Assembly: GCF_006345805.1 (NCBI RefSeq)
Contig: NC_043000.1
Span: 71,672,001-71,736,000, forward strand
DNA from: Octopus sinensis
Taxonomy: Eukaryota
Reading direction: 5' to 3'
DNA: 64,000 nucleotides
The translations under genes and the position numbers were made by a program. This document shows positions 11,857 through 25,354 of this stretch, piece by piece (position 1 is the stretch's first letter; the number at the start of each line of letters is the position of its first letter). Below the pieces are notes generated by a model. The model did no database searches. It was given only the letters and a program-made list of their open reading frames with translations, and had not been told where the DNA came from.

Positions 11857-12772
11857 AATTATAACTTGTGTTACTGAAGAGTCTGGTTATGCTCTTGCCA
11901 TATTTTCTTTTCTGGCCTTCCAACTAGTTAGTTTAATATAATCGTTAAAAACAGTTTTTTCTTATTTTTTTTCTTTTTTGAAGATATTAGAAGTTAAGTT
12001 TCAACTATCTCAATCAATGAATTTCATTAAAAGCACTAAGGGTTATTCTTAAATAATTTAGAGTTTTTCTAAATACATAAACTTAAGAATTATAAAGAAA
12101 ACATTAACCTAAATTTTGTTGTGAATTGAGGTGTATACTTTAAATTACTGATATTAACACAAAACTCATAGGCGAAAAAATTATTGTAAGATATTTTTTT
12201 GCTTTTGTAAATTGGTCAAGGGTAGCAATAGTTATTTCCCTAGAATTAAAGTTTATTTGTTTTCAGTTATAAATTTATATCCAAATTCCCTCTTAATTTT
12301 CGTTTACTGTAACCAAACTTCAATAAAAGATTTGTTTGAAGATTTATTTATTGATGGATCTGCTATCAGAATCTGGTCGAAGATTATTGGTGTAATACAG
12401 CTAAATGTTTAACATTTGTGATCTAAAGCATTCCATATTTATCTTACTACTCCCAACGGATGTAATTGAAAGTTATTGGAAGCAATGTTCTCCCTTAATA
12501 GGCTTTTTTAAAATTGAGACTCTTCTTTTATTTTAGATGTCAATTGAAATTCTCTTGAATTTTTTTTTTTCAAGTGTTTCATTCGTAATTTATAATCCAA
12601 GATTAGTATTTCTGTACTAATTGAAATATATTTTCACCTAAAGAAATTTATTGATTTTTGCATTTTCTTTATTTGACATTGTTTCCATTTAACCCATTCT
12701 AATTTTTTCCTAACACAAATAAATTTACATGTACATCTATCTGTATGTCTGTGTGTATGTATACAGGGTGTT

Positions 12773-13560
12773 TGGGCTAGATTTAATGATGTTGTTTATA
12801 CCTCCTTTTTTGAGGAACAGCTTACAGTATATCTGAACAGTCAATGGCATAAAGATAAGTTATAGTCGAGAAAAAGTTAGCTGACATGGAGGTCTGAAAG
12901 CCATCTGAATATTGGAAAAAAGTTACTGTATTATATTTGTGCTGGATATCGAAATTCCAACATCATGACTGCCATTCAGTGCTCTGTAAACATTGTAACT
13001 AGGTGTGATAGGGACATCATGAAAACCAAGTTCTCTAAAACAGGTGGTCTTTGGGCGTGTCTCAAGTGAGGATGACATCATACCATCTTATGTATTGGAA
13101 CAGGGTTTTGGCTTAATTCAGATGGATATGTGAAGCTGCTGGAGATTGTTATCAGACTTTGGCTGGAGAAAGTTGCTGTTGAAAGGCCATATGTGACAGC
13201 AGGATTTGGCTGCTTGTCATACCTCTAGAACAAGTCAGAAGTGGTTGCTGGAGAATTGCTACAACTCCACCAGCCCCAATCTCTGGTTTCCTAACCCCCC
13301 CCCCCCCGATTGTAATCCCAGAGGTGCAGTTGTGAAAGATGCCAACTGCTCTACTTCCAATATAAAGGCCAAGAACAAGGTGTTTGAAAATCTTCCGTGG
13401 ACACTGGTGAATGCATGTACCATGTTCCGGAGTTGTCTTAAGGCTGTGGTGGAAGTGAGGGTGGCTACTCTGAGTAAACTGTTATTTCCCAGCCATTTAC
13501 TTCAGGTATTCTCAATGGGGGTGATGATTTGTCACAAACAAGTGGATATATTTTTTAAAT
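12773..13560 (+). mobile_element. Decayed Tc1/mariner-type transposon
   Basis: Starts tacagggtg. Degenerate QQD-APCHTS and W-PNSPDCNP motifs at ~13190-13320. Confidence 0.6.
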
Positions 13561-14419
13561 ACTTCATGTAAATGTAAACATTCATAAATAATTACATTTT
13601 ATGATGGTAGGTTAACAAACACATGGCAAAAACCACCCGGGTTTGTACACTTACATATGACAAATGTATTGAAATGAAATCGGATGAATATTGCACTATA
13701 AGGAAATGGGGGATCTTTTTTATTGCTGCCACAGTTTCCTATTTCTTCAAATTTTGTTTCAGTTGTTTTCAGATTTGATGTACCAATTTAGTTTTGTATA
13801 CTAGTTATGAAAAATCAATAAAAAGTTAATAGATTAAAAATTTTGCAAATTTGAGGTAACATTAGCCAGTCAAAAGCAACAGACACATTGGTACTTGTTA
13901 CCATAGTAACAAGTGAAACTATAGTCTGCTGTTTGAACTACCATCATCACATGTACTTTCTTTGGCGATGAGTCAAACTAACCATCACATAGAGTTGTTT
14001 CCTTTTTTTTTTTGTAAAATTTTGTTGAGGACTTTTTAAAATTATATTCATGCCTGTTCGACCGTTTCACATGAATTTATTCATTAAAACTTCTTACAAA
14101 CTTTTGTCATAGTAATGTTTTGCTTTCATTTTGTTTATTGAAACTTCATTGTAAAGTTTGTGTTTGCATTTTTTTATTGACAACTATCGCACAGAAAATA
14201 CCTGTTTCCAAATCCCATCTCCAGATTAGAAAAAAAATGATCAAACTCTCAACTTCTGTAACATTTTTCTAAATCTCTTCTGGAATAAATGAATCACAAA
14301 AATCAGATTCAGCATGAAAAATTACATTAATATACCAAATTTGAAAATTTCAAAACCGGTGATAGCAATAGAAAAGATTCAGATACCATACTTAATGCAT
14401 ATAAATATATATATATGGC

Positions 14420-14870
14420 TATGTAAAGCTGCTAGAAGGCCATATGATTGGCAGCAGATTCATCTCTTTGCCATGCCTCTGGAACAAGCCAGAATTTATC
14501 AGAGAATTTATACAACTTCCCCAGCCCCAATTTCTGGCTTTCTAATTCCCCAGGATAACTATGTGTGGGACAGAGTTGAGAAGGGCAACAACTGCTCTGT
14601 ATGCAATGCCAAGGCAATCATACATCTAATATTACAAAAATTGTGTCACAAGGTGAGGTCTTTAGGATCAAACATTTCTGATCTTCTACATAAAACTGAA
14701 GACACATATCAGATTGTGCTACACAAACATCTGAGACTCCATCCCCTTGAAAGGCCATCCAATTTCATAACTAAACATTATGTCACCAATATGATATAAT
14801 CACTACTTCAGAGATGCAGTTACTTTAATAGCTGTCTTAATAAATTTTGCTGCACCTGTTTCACCAGAAG
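14420..14870 (-). mobile_element. Decayed mariner-type transposase fragment, same family as 12773-13560
   Basis: Reverse strand shows degenerate QQD-SLCH-S...PNFW-PNSPG-LCVG catalytic-region remnants. Confidence 0.5.
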
Positions 14871-16510
14871 CACTTGCCTTTATACCTCATGTTATCCTGG
14901 TTATTTCCCAGACCACCAATCCCATATAAATTACTCCAACTCTCCTCAAAACTGCAATACTTTAGGTCTTCACTACCTAAATTTTTTTTTGGGGGGGGGG
15001 CATACATCTTCAATTAACTATAAAAACAACTCATAATGAGGTATGGCTGTTAAGATTCTAGATTATTAAATGTGTAGTTTGCAAATATGCATTATGTCAC
15101 AACCCCACACCCACCAAATAAACAAGGAATCTTTAAAAGATATCAATCAATAGTTTGTTCGAAAATCTATTAAACCCAAAATGAGAAATTTAGTTCAGAA
15201 CTAATGGTCAAGCACACATCAAGTAAAACTTCTGAAACTAATTTCATCATTTGCTTGTGCTGTTGTCAGTTGTTTTCAAATTTCTATACTTAGACATCTA
15301 TTCTTAAAAGAGCTAATAAACACTTGTTCTAACACAGATAACAGTAGCTTTCATTGCTTCCAGCTGTACATTATTCACTTGCAACCTAGACATTAAACAA
15401 ACACTGACTCCATGAACAGAGACCACAAGACCATCCTCCAATGGGGATATAGTAATCTGGTCTCTTTCAATAACAAAACATAAATGCAACTCATATCAAG
15501 GAAGTATCATTGTACTACATATCCCTTAACCATGAGCAACATTCAGTTAGAGCCCTTAAAATTGCTACAAACCTATCCTACTGAAAGCATATCCTTAACA
15601 TAGGATCACATCCTAATGACTGGTCCTTTTCTTCAAGGCTAGAAGATAATTTAATCCCCAACAATTATTGATACTTTACAAAGCCCAGTTAAGTCCCACA
15701 ATAGAATGTTACTCTCACATCTAGGATGGTGCGGACATCCTAGCCCACATCAAGAAAACTACTTAACTGACTGGCAGAAAGTCATTCACTGACACACTTC
15801 TTGTCACTCACCCATAGGCATGCTGTTTTCTCTCTTTTCTTTTTCTGTACTCCTTGGAAATGGCTGGGCACATGCCATCTGCACTCAGGTATGCTCATTT
15901 TACTCATCTCTCCTCCCATTGCCCTTATTGTCGTCCATTTGTCCAGGCCCTGCACTAATCACTACACTCATTCCTTTTGCTCTTTGGAATTTCTTTTCTG
16001 CTCATATCTTTCTCACAGACGTTAATAAAGATTCAAGGGGAAACTTAAAGACATCAATCCTGCCTTTCTAAGAAGACCTGAAAAGGTCATGGGTGTTGTT
16101 TCATCCTCCTGACCTAGCAAGTAAAGATTTTACCTTGCCTGTTCATTCCTATCAGCCCTAGATTTTATTATATTATTTACATAAAATTTTAATTCATTTA
16201 AGCTTTTCATTTTTTTTAGTGATATTTTGATAACTGGATGTCAGAATTCTTATAACTTCAATGAAAATATTCCAGAGTATCATTTTAAACTTTCCAAATT
16301 GAGTTGTAATCATATACCTGGCATTGTAATAGCACTGATGGAAGCATGGTTTTACAAATAAGAAAAATGAGAAAAATATCTGATCAAACTATTATTTAAT
16401 AAGTGACCAATGCAATAACTAAATAAAAAAATTTTAATATTTAATTTTGTTTTTTAAAAATCACAAAATTTGAAATCTGCAATATTTTAATATAATAAAA
16501 AAGGTTTCCA

Positions 16511-16651
16511 TTATTTTTTTCTATGAAGAACAAATTCTACTAAATTTATTAAAGCCTGCTGTGATGCACTATGCTTTAATATTTTGGCCATGGAAATTGC
16601 CTCCTTGGCATGTTGTTCAGCTAGTAACCGAGTATGTGTCACACCATCACT
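16511..16651 (-). CDS. PDSS1: PDSS1 last coding exon (SDGVTHTRLLAEQHAKEAISMAKILKHSASQQALINLVEFVLHRKK*)
   Basis: Acceptor tttctcttccAG, 141 bp, phase 0, TAA at 16513-16511. Matches the recalled C-terminus of human PDSS1 (SDGVQQTTYLAQQYCHEA...). Confidence 0.9.
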   Translation of the reverse strand, partial: SDGVTHTRLLAEQHAKEAISMAKILKHSASQQALINLVEFVLHRKK

Positions 16652-16837
16652 CTGGAAGAGAAATAAGTTGAAATGTTAGAGTAAAAAGAAAATGTAGTTA
16701 TATTGTTGAGATGCAAAAACTATTTTTCAGTTTGTTGAATTAGTTCCAAAACTATAATTGAATAAAGAGATTTAATTTAAAATAATATGGTATTGATGAC
16801 AAGAGAAGTTAAAAAGCTTTTTTAAAAAAAAAAAAAA

Positions 16838-17375
16838 CATTATTTACAATTGACGGATATTTGTCCTCATCTTGTTTGTTGTTTCGGCTGATATACCCTC
16901 CAGCCTTCATCAGGTGTCTTGGGTTCCCATTCCTAAAGTATTTTTCGAAGGTGTTATTATTATTATTATTCAGGTCACTGCCTGGAATCGAACTTGGAAT
17001 CTTGGGGTTAGTAGCCTGCGCTCTTAACCACTATGCCCACGGGCATATGGCGTAGTGGCTAAGAGCACAGGCTACTAACCACAAAATTCCGAGTTCGATT
17101 CCAGGCAGTGACCTACGGGCATATGGTGTAGTGGCTAAGAGCACAGGCTACTAACCTCAAGATTCCGAGTTCGATTCCAGGCAGTGACCTGAATAATGAT
17201 AATAATAACATCGAAAAATACTTTAGGAATGATAACCCACGTTCGAAATTTTCCCAAGACACCTGATGAATGCTGGATGATATATCAGCCGAAAGGTTGT
17301 GTTAACAAACAAGATGAAGACAAATATCCATCAATTGTAAATAATGTACATAATTCCTCATCTCTTAAATATAGA
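16838..17375. mobile_element. Head-to-head pair of tRNA-headed retroelements with hammerhead-like cores, plus a tandem extra head
   Basis: 16838-17040 is the reverse complement of ~17116-17345. The 75-bp tRNA-like head is repeated at 17041-17115 and 17116-17190. CTGATGA...GAAA cores at 17263-17294 (+) and 16882-16913 (-). Confidence 0.8.
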
Positions 17376-17415
17376 ACTGAAAAAAAAATTAATCTAAGAA
17401 TTGAAGGAAACTTAC

Positions 17416-17496
17416 TTTTACGACTAAATCCCTTGCTTTTTCCACATCACCTTCATGTTTGAATCTTCGCATGATCAATGGATGCAATTCAGGATA
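17416..17496 (-). CDS. PDSS1: PDSS1 penultimate coding exon (YPELHPLIMRRFKHEGDVEKARDLVVK)
   Basis: AG/GTAAGT boundaries, 81 bp, phase 0/0. Matches human FPEMNAMIMRRFSLPGDVDRARQYVLQ. Confidence 0.92.
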
Positions 17497-18309
17497 CTGA
17501 ATAATGTATAAAACATGTTACTTCAAAGTATGAAGATTTATATATAAAGTCAAAGTAACCCATCAACACTAAAAGGAAACAATTTCATTGTCTGTATAGA
17601 TTAATATGCAGTCTGTGGTAAATGCCAGAGGAGAAGATTTCAGCTTTTGCTAAGCCAAATCCATGAGTGCTTGAATTCCTGCTTAATATTACTAATGCCC
17701 TTGAGAAAAATAGGTACATTACACATGTGCTTGCAAGAATTTTTGTCCTTGAGCCTAAATAAGAAATTCATATTAAAGCAGATTGAAACTTGTAATCCCT
17801 TGACTAAAAGCTTGTGATCATTACTAGTTACTTTAAGACGGTGAGCTGGCAGAATAGTTAGCATGCTGGGCAAAATGATTAGCAGCATTCTATCTATCTA
17901 TGTGTTCTGAGTTAAAATTACAGAAGTTGACTTTGCATTTCGTCGTTAGGAAGGGCATCTAGCTGTAGAAACACTGCCAAATCAGACTAGAGCCTGGTGC
18001 AGCCTCCATGGCTTACCAGACCCCGGTCAAACCGTCCAACCCATGCTAGCATGGAAAACAGACGTTAAATAATGATTATGATATATATATATATATTGTA
18101 TATACATATAATGTATATACATTTATATTGTATACTCCCTTTTACTCTCTTTTTTGAATAATATTTATTATAGGATATTTGAATTTTTTCTACTTAATAT
18201 TGATAATGTCTTTCACTACTGAATTGTTTAATAGAGGATATTTCTCTTAATTATATATATATATTATATATTGTGAAATTTGATTTAGTTGCTGATATAT
18301 CCTCCAGCG

Positions 18310-19850
18310 TTCATCAGGAACTCACATTAATATAACTAAGTCTATCACTGGGCTTCCTATAAGGTTCGTAAATATTCTTATTTAGATCTAAGGACACATC
18401 TAAGAAATTGACAACCATCAGGTTGGTATCTGTAGTTATGCTAAGACTGAAAGTTTTCATCATTTGGATAATGTTCTTCCTAAACCGATCTTGTGCTGGT
18501 CCATTGGTATTTGCAGTTAAAGCTTGGGTATCATCTTTGTAAATGGCGAAATATACGTCAGGAAAAGTGTTGCCCGACATATTGAGTAGGAATAGTCCAA
18601 TGAGATCGCATATGCCTGCCCCATATTATGACCCCATGCTCACATTGAAGGCACCCTCTGTATTGGTAGTCTTGACCCACTTTGCGTTCTCACTGAAGAG
18701 TTAAGTCATTCTAGCATGGAAGACTATGTCCTTATTTTGTCTACTAATTTCTATAAATTTGCTTGCGAAGGTTAGAGCTTTATCTAGCAGTTCCTTAGAG
18801 ATAGAGGCATAGAAATCGACAATATTGAATTGCGTCAATCTTGCTTTAATCTTATTCTTAATGGCTTTAAACCAGTCAATGATTTCTATACTATTGGACC
18901 ATTGTACTAACCTAGTAGCATTCCCGACTTTTGCATTGATTTTTCCTAAAATTTCTTTACTAATAATACCAAGTTCTGATTTAGCTGGGTTAATAAGCCT
19001 ACATTTAGAATTAGATAGGAAGTTCTTTTTATGGTCCTTGATAGTTATAAAGGCCTCTTTTTTGGAAGGACCTCTATTTTTTAAAATCTAATTTAAGTCC
19101 GGTGGTGATAATGCTTTATTAATCTTTACATATAAAACTGAAGTTGTGTGTGTGAGTGTCAGTCACCTCCGATTTAGATTCCTAACTACTCCCACATTTT
19201 GCGGTGTAGTTTAACCAAAAGCGGGTATCTTATAGTCGTGATTCATATCGAGCCCGTCTGGGTATTAGCGTGAGTCTATGATTTAAAAAAAATTTACCAT
19301 CATTTTTTCGCATTTTTTGCTCGGTTTATATAAGGGAAGTAACTCTCTAAAAATGCTTATATAGTTATTTCCCTTACAAACCCGAGCAACGCCAGGCGAT
19401 ACTGCTAGTTTCGTTATAAATTTGTGGTCTAGCTTTGGTGTAATTATTGATGATATTATTGTGTAGGAGTCGTGAAATTGTGCTGTTTTCTATAAGGTAT
19501 AAGTTCTTGGTTTTATCAGAAAAAAGTGCTGTTTTTCTGGAACTCTTATGTATTTGATATCTTTTTTCAGTTTCTATTGGAAAATGTTAAAAGACTTATG
19601 AAATTTTATTTTGTTCATGAGCTTTAGTAGGTCTGCTTCGAAGTCTTCCAAGCCATTGATTTAATTCCATAGAATATGTTCTCTGTAGTGTCCTCTTCCA
19701 TGTAAAAGAAAGTTTTCCATCTCATATGCTTAATAAGGTCTGTAATTTTCTCCAAAAGTTTCTTAGAGTATAGTTCTCTGGTTGGCATAGGTATGTTTTT
19801 CATAGAGTAATTGATATTGTAGGTGTCCATATTGAATTCTTCTGCGGGGC
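18310..19850 (-). mobile_element. Penelope-like element (RT region), decayed and interrupted by a Helitron
   Basis: Reverse strand GAYNGAGICDLIGLFLL, IYKDD, VNFLDVSLDL...YRKP and N-term NYSMKNIP motifs typical of PLE ORFs. Confidence 0.8.
19123..19408 (+). mobile_element. Complete 286-bp non-autonomous Helitron
   Basis: Starts TC after A (19122). Ends cccgagcaacgccaggcg hairpin region plus CTAG before T (19409). Canonical A^T insertion without TSD. Confidence 0.8.
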
Positions 19851-19989
19851 AGAGTTCTCAAAAATAAGCTGTATTAGCTTTTACGGAAAAATAGCGGTGT
19901 ATGGGAGATAACTTATTAATAGTAATGGTAAGACAATAAAAGAATGAAAGAGACCTCGATATTATGTAAATAGAGGAATTTATCTGTAA

Positions 19990-21530
19990 TATAATATGTG
20001 ACAATGAAGTTGGAGGTGGTGGTGGGGAGACAGGAGGAGACGAGGTCATGGATAGTGGAGGACACCGTCTGTTGGTAGCTAGACGTGGGGCAGAGGGCAG
20101 TAGAAGGAGGTTTCTTGAAGTTGGCAGAGAACTTCAGCCTTGGAGAGGTCCGCGCGCAACACCACCATGGCTCCACGGTTGTCAGCCGGTTTTATGATGA
20201 TGTCTTTGCAGCATTGGAGACATTGAAGGGCCGAGAGTTCAGCTGGGGTGATGTTCAGATGTTGGGGATGCTTGGAGAAGTGAAACCGGTCCACAGTGCG
20301 CTGGCAGACGCCTGCAAAAAGATCAACTGCTTGGAACTGGCCAGGAGCTGGCGTCCAATAGGATGGTCGGTGAAGCAGTCCTCCTCATTAGATGCATGTG
20401 GAGTGTTGTGGAATAGCGCACACAACCTAACATGGCATACAAAACTGTGGATATCGGCACGAGTCTGAAATTCATTGCTGGATGGAGTGAGGGGGATGAA
20501 GCACAGGCCCCTACTGAGGAGGGAGCACTCCGCCTCAGAGAGGGGAAAATCTAGAGGAATGGTAACAACAGACTGAAGTGGAGAAGGGGTGGATGGGACA
20601 GAAGTGGGAGGGGTGGTGGAAGGCTGTGAATGGGGGAATAAGGGGTAGGTGTGTGTATGTGGGGGGTTGGAGTGACGGGGTAGGTTGGTTGGTGAGGGTG
20701 GGGGAAGTGTATCATTGAAGGAGGGAGTTGGGATAGTGGCATTGGATGTGATGGAATGGAGAAGTGAATGGAGTTTACGTTGTTTGGTATGAGCAAGAAA
20801 TTCATGAAATGGCTTATGTAATGTAAAGTGGAGTTTGCATGGGAGGACAACTGAAAGAAGATGGAAAAAGCAAGAGGGAGAAGGTGGTTGATGGTGTGTA
20901 TTTTGGAGAGATTAGAACGAATGGTAGCGCGCATAAGGCAGTAGGAAGTAGTACAGAGTATGGGTAGGCTGGCTGAATCAGAGTGGAGAGTGGGGTGGAA
21001 ATGGAGGTGGAAACCTTTAGGGATGAGGCAGCGACTGAGAAAGGAAATGTGGCTAGAGAAGTGTGTATTTTTGAAAATTAGTAGGGAAAAGTTAATAGAA
21101 GGTTGAAAGCAATGGAAAGGAAGTGTAGAAAGGTGTTTTTTAGGCAGTCGTGAAGGTGGAGGAGGAAAGGTTTGTAATCGGGCATGATTGAAAAACGAGA
21201 AAGAAAGGAGAAACAAAAAGGAAGGGGGAAGAGAGAAAGGCAAATAAAGACATGGGGAGGAAAAATACAAAAGGTGAGAGGAGAAGAAAAAATAAAAACA
21301 AGGAGAGAAAGGAGGAAGAAGGAAGAAACAGAGAGGAAAGGAGAAGAAAGGAAGAGAAGACAAAAAGGAAAAAGAAAGGGATGGAGAGAGAGGCAAAGTA
21401 ACAATGTGCAGATTGTAATATCGATACAACTGTATATCAATAATGTAATTTATAAATGTATAGTAATATAGTAATATTACAATTGCAATATCGATAATGT
21501 AATTTATAAATAGCTCTAAGAACAATAATA
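19990..21530 (-). mobile_element. Second Penelope-like element, N-terminal half
   Basis: SHISFLSRCL-IPKGF, RGLCFIP and DIIIKPADNRGAMVVL motifs. The pyrimidine-rich leader accounts for ORF 20551-21525. Confidence 0.75.
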
Positions 21531-22484
21531 ATAAAATTATAAATAAGGCTTATATTGGATCAACAGCTAATGAAATTTTAAAAAAAATATCCCAACACTA
21601 CCAGACCTTTAAAAATCCCAATTTAAGGCTTAAGTAAATATATATGGGAATTAAAATTTAAAAAAGAGAGTACACCCTTAATTGGAGTATAATAAGTAGA
21701 GCCCACTCCTATAATATTGGGAATAAAATGTGTTTATTATGCATAACTGAATTGATGAAACTACTACAGTCTAGAGATGAATTACTAAACACACATGATG
21801 AGCGAGGAGTTAAATGTAGGCACCGAAGTAATTTTACATTTAGTAAGATGAAGTATTGAACCCCCAACCCCTAAATCAAATAACCACATAATTCTATTTC
21901 TAAAGCACTTGAATAGACTATATAAATAAATAAATAAAATAATACAATAATTTAAATAAAATATATTAATTGAATATTACTAAAATTATATAATAAATTA
22001 TATATACCTCCCAATAGAGGTAAATTTGAAAATAATAATAGAGGATAATTTAAAATTAAAACTATGTATAATGTAATTACCCCCCACTCCCAGTACTATT
22101 CCCCTATAAATACCCATAGTTCCCTGCTATCTTCTTCCTCAAATCACCATTTTAGTACCAGGAAAAAAAGGAAGATATGTATTTGAATTTTTCTTGTTAT
22201 ATTTTCTTGTCACATTTAAGCAGACATTTTTATTCTGATGTTTAATCTTATATCTCACATTCTGTATTTGACATATACTTGATTTTACATGATTGATATA
22301 TATACTAATTCATATTTATAATGTATAATTTATAAATTTTAATTCTTAATATTACAAAGTATCATTTTAATTCTTAATTTTTGATCTTTAATGCTTGATT
22401 GTATTGCTTATTTATAAATGGATGTAAAATTAGATATATAATATTTTGAAATAGAACCTGAAGATGTGTTGGAAAAATTGTATT

Positions 22485-22568
22485 ATATCTATATATATAT
22501 ATATAATATATATATATAATATATATATATAATATATATATATAATATATATATAATATAATATATAT

Positions 22569-22602
<34 letters not shown>

Positions 22603-22641
22603 ATATAATATATATATATATATAATATATAATATATATAT

Positions 22642-22679
<38 letters not shown>

Positions 22680-22840
22680 ATAATATATATATATATAATA
22701 TAATAATATAATATATATATAATAATATATATATATATATATATAATATAATATATATATATATAATATAATATATATATATATATATTATAATATAATA
22801 TATATAATATATATATATATATATATAATATAATATATAT
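22485..22840. repeat. Irregular A/T-only (TA)n/(TAA) low-complexity tract
   Basis: About 350 bp with no G or C. A similar tract lies at 25022-25100. Confidence 0.95.
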
Positions 22841-25021
22841 CATCATCATCATCATCATCGTTTAACGTCCGTTCTCCATGCTAGCATGGGTTGGACGGTT
22901 TGACCGGGGATCTGGGAAGCCAGAAGGCTGCACCAGGCTCCAGTCTATCTGGCAATGTTTCTACAGCTGGATGCCCTCCTAATGCCAACCACTCCGTGAG
23001 TGTAGTGGGTGCTTTTTACGTGCCACCTGCACAGGTGCCAGGCGAGGCTGGCAACGGTCACGGTCGGATTGGTGTATTTTATGTGCCACCGGCACGGAAG
23101 CCAGTCGAGGCGGTGCTGGCATCGGCCACGAGTCGGATAGTGCTTTTTACGTACCACCAGACCAGGGATCCTGGCTGGTTCAATTCGATTTCGATTTCGC
23201 TTGCCCCAACATGTCTTCGCAAGCAAAGGGGGTTGGCATGGGTGCCTGTTGTCGGATGAGGTTCTATATCGACTTCGCTTGCCTCAACAGGTCTTTGTGT
23301 CCAAGGGAGGAAAGGCATTCATAAGTGGGCTGGGCTCACTTGTCCTGCCTGGTCTTCTCACGTACAGAATATTTCCAGAGGTCTCGGTCGCTGGTCATTT
23401 CCTCAGTGAGGCCTAAAGTTCGAAGGTCATGCTTCACCACCTCGTCCCAGGTTTTCCTGGGTCTACCTCTTCCTCGGGTTCCCTCAACTGCTAGGGATTG
23501 GCACTTTCTCACACACCTATCTTCATCCATTCTCGCCACATGACCATACCAGCGCAATCGTCTCTCTTGCACACCACAACCGATGCTTCTTAGGTAATGT
23601 ACACTGACATTACACATCCATCGGAGCATACTGGCTTCATTCCTCACGAGCTTACGCATGTCCTCAGCAGTCATGGCTCATGTTTCACTGCCATGTAGCA
23701 TGGCTGTTCGTACACACGCATCATACAGTCTGCCTTTTACTCTGAGCGAGAGGCCTTTAGTCACCAGCAGAGGTAAGAGCTCCCTAAACTTTGCCCAGGC
23801 TATTCTTATTCTAGCAGTTACACTTTCAGCGCACCCACCCCCACTACTGACTTGGTCACCTAGATAACGGAAGCTATCAACTACTTCTAGTTTTTCCCCC
23901 TGGAAAGTGACGGAAGTTGGTTTCTGCAGATTTTCGGAGGTTAATGCTCCCGAGAAAAACTATCTTCCCAGTTAGCCTACCTTTGACATTGCTGCACCTC
24001 TTATGTGTCCATAGCTTACACTGGGTACATCTTATAGAGTTTCTACCTAACCTTTTCTACAGATCGAGCAGGGCCATCTTCCTGAAGACTTTGTGGATTG
24101 TCTACCTTCCTACTTATTTAGTACTTTGGTTTTAGCTAGGTTGACTCTAAGCCCCTCGATTCTAAACCCTCCTTCCACACTGGAACTTCTCCTCCAGTTC
24201 TGATAGTGACTCAGCAATAAGAGCAAGGTCGTCAGCGTAGAGGAGCTCCCAGGGACAACCTGTCTGAATTCCTCCGTAATTGCCTGGAGGACTATGATAA
24301 ATAGGAGGGGGCTGAGTACTGAACACTGGTGGACCCCAACCTCTACTTTGAATTCTTCTGTGTACATGTTGCCAACCCTAACCTTACTTACGGCATCTCT
24401 GTACATGGCTTGCACAGTCCTCACCAGCCATTCATCTATCCCTAGTTTCCTCATTGACCACCAGATAAGGGATTGGGGGACCCTATCAAAAGCTTTCTCC
24501 ATGTCAACGAAAGCCAGATACAGGGGCTATCTTTGGCTAGGTATTTCTCCTGCAGCTGCCTTACCAGGAATATAGCATCAGTGGTACTTTTCCCTGGCAC
24601 GAACCCAAACTGCATCTCATCTAAACTAACTCTCTCTCTAATTAGTTGGGCTATGACCCTCTCCGTAACCTCCATTACTTGATCCAACGCTTGATACCTC
24701 TGTAATTATTTGTATCTAGGGCATCACCTTTACCTTTGTAGCAGTGGACTAGTGTGCTGCCACCAGTCATTGGGTATGACTCCTTCGTGTATCACCTGGT
24801 TGACTATAGGGTGACTAGGTTATAGCCGACACTGCCAGATATTTTGAGCATCCTGCAGTAATTCCTGAGGGCCTGGTGCTTTCCCTGTCTTCATGCTTCT
24901 AATTGCCTTAGCTACCACGGAACTATCAACTCGGATAGCTGGTCCCTCTGTTGGGCAGACTCTCTTTATCCCATTCATTTTCTTTATTCAGCAACCTCCA
25001 TTATTTTCTTATTCAGCAACC
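22841..25021 (-). mobile_element. Relatively young 5'-truncated RTE LINE (RT domain to tail)
   Basis: QFGFVPGKSTTDAIF, MEKAFDRVP, GVHQ-SVLSPLLF, YADD region, RLRWYGHV and GRGRPRKTW. (cat)n tail at 22841-22858. Confidence 0.95.
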
Positions 25022-25254
25022 TATATATATATATAATATATATATATATAATATATATATATATGTATAATATATATAATATATATATATATATATATAA
25101 TATGAATAAAAAATGGAGTTAACGCAGTTTTAAACAAGTATGTTACTTTCTACATACGGTTCAAAATTCCCTGATACTTATTCAAAAGAATAAAAGGTAT
25201 AAACAATGCAATCTTCTCTTCGGAAAGTGAAAAAATGAAACTTGTCACATAGCC

Positions 25255-25354
25255 NNNNNNNNNNNNNNNNNNNNNNNNNNNNNNNNNNNNNNNNNNNNNN
25301 NNNNNNNNNNNNNNNNNNNNNNNNNNNNNNNNNNNNNNNNNNNNNNNNNNNNNN
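25255..25354. other. Assembly gap (100 N)
   Basis: Run of N. A round 100 suggests the true length is unknown. Confidence 1.

Noticed and set aside
17041-17190. Tandem tRNA genes
   Set aside because: They are tRNA-like SINE heads: acceptor stem not closed, and followed by the element body rather than an oligo-T terminator.
20551-21525. 324-aa ORF as a host gene
   Set aside because: Low-complexity leader running into Penelope N-terminal motifs.
22430-22858. 142-aa Ile/Tyr-rich ORF
   Set aside because: Translation of a (TA)n tract.
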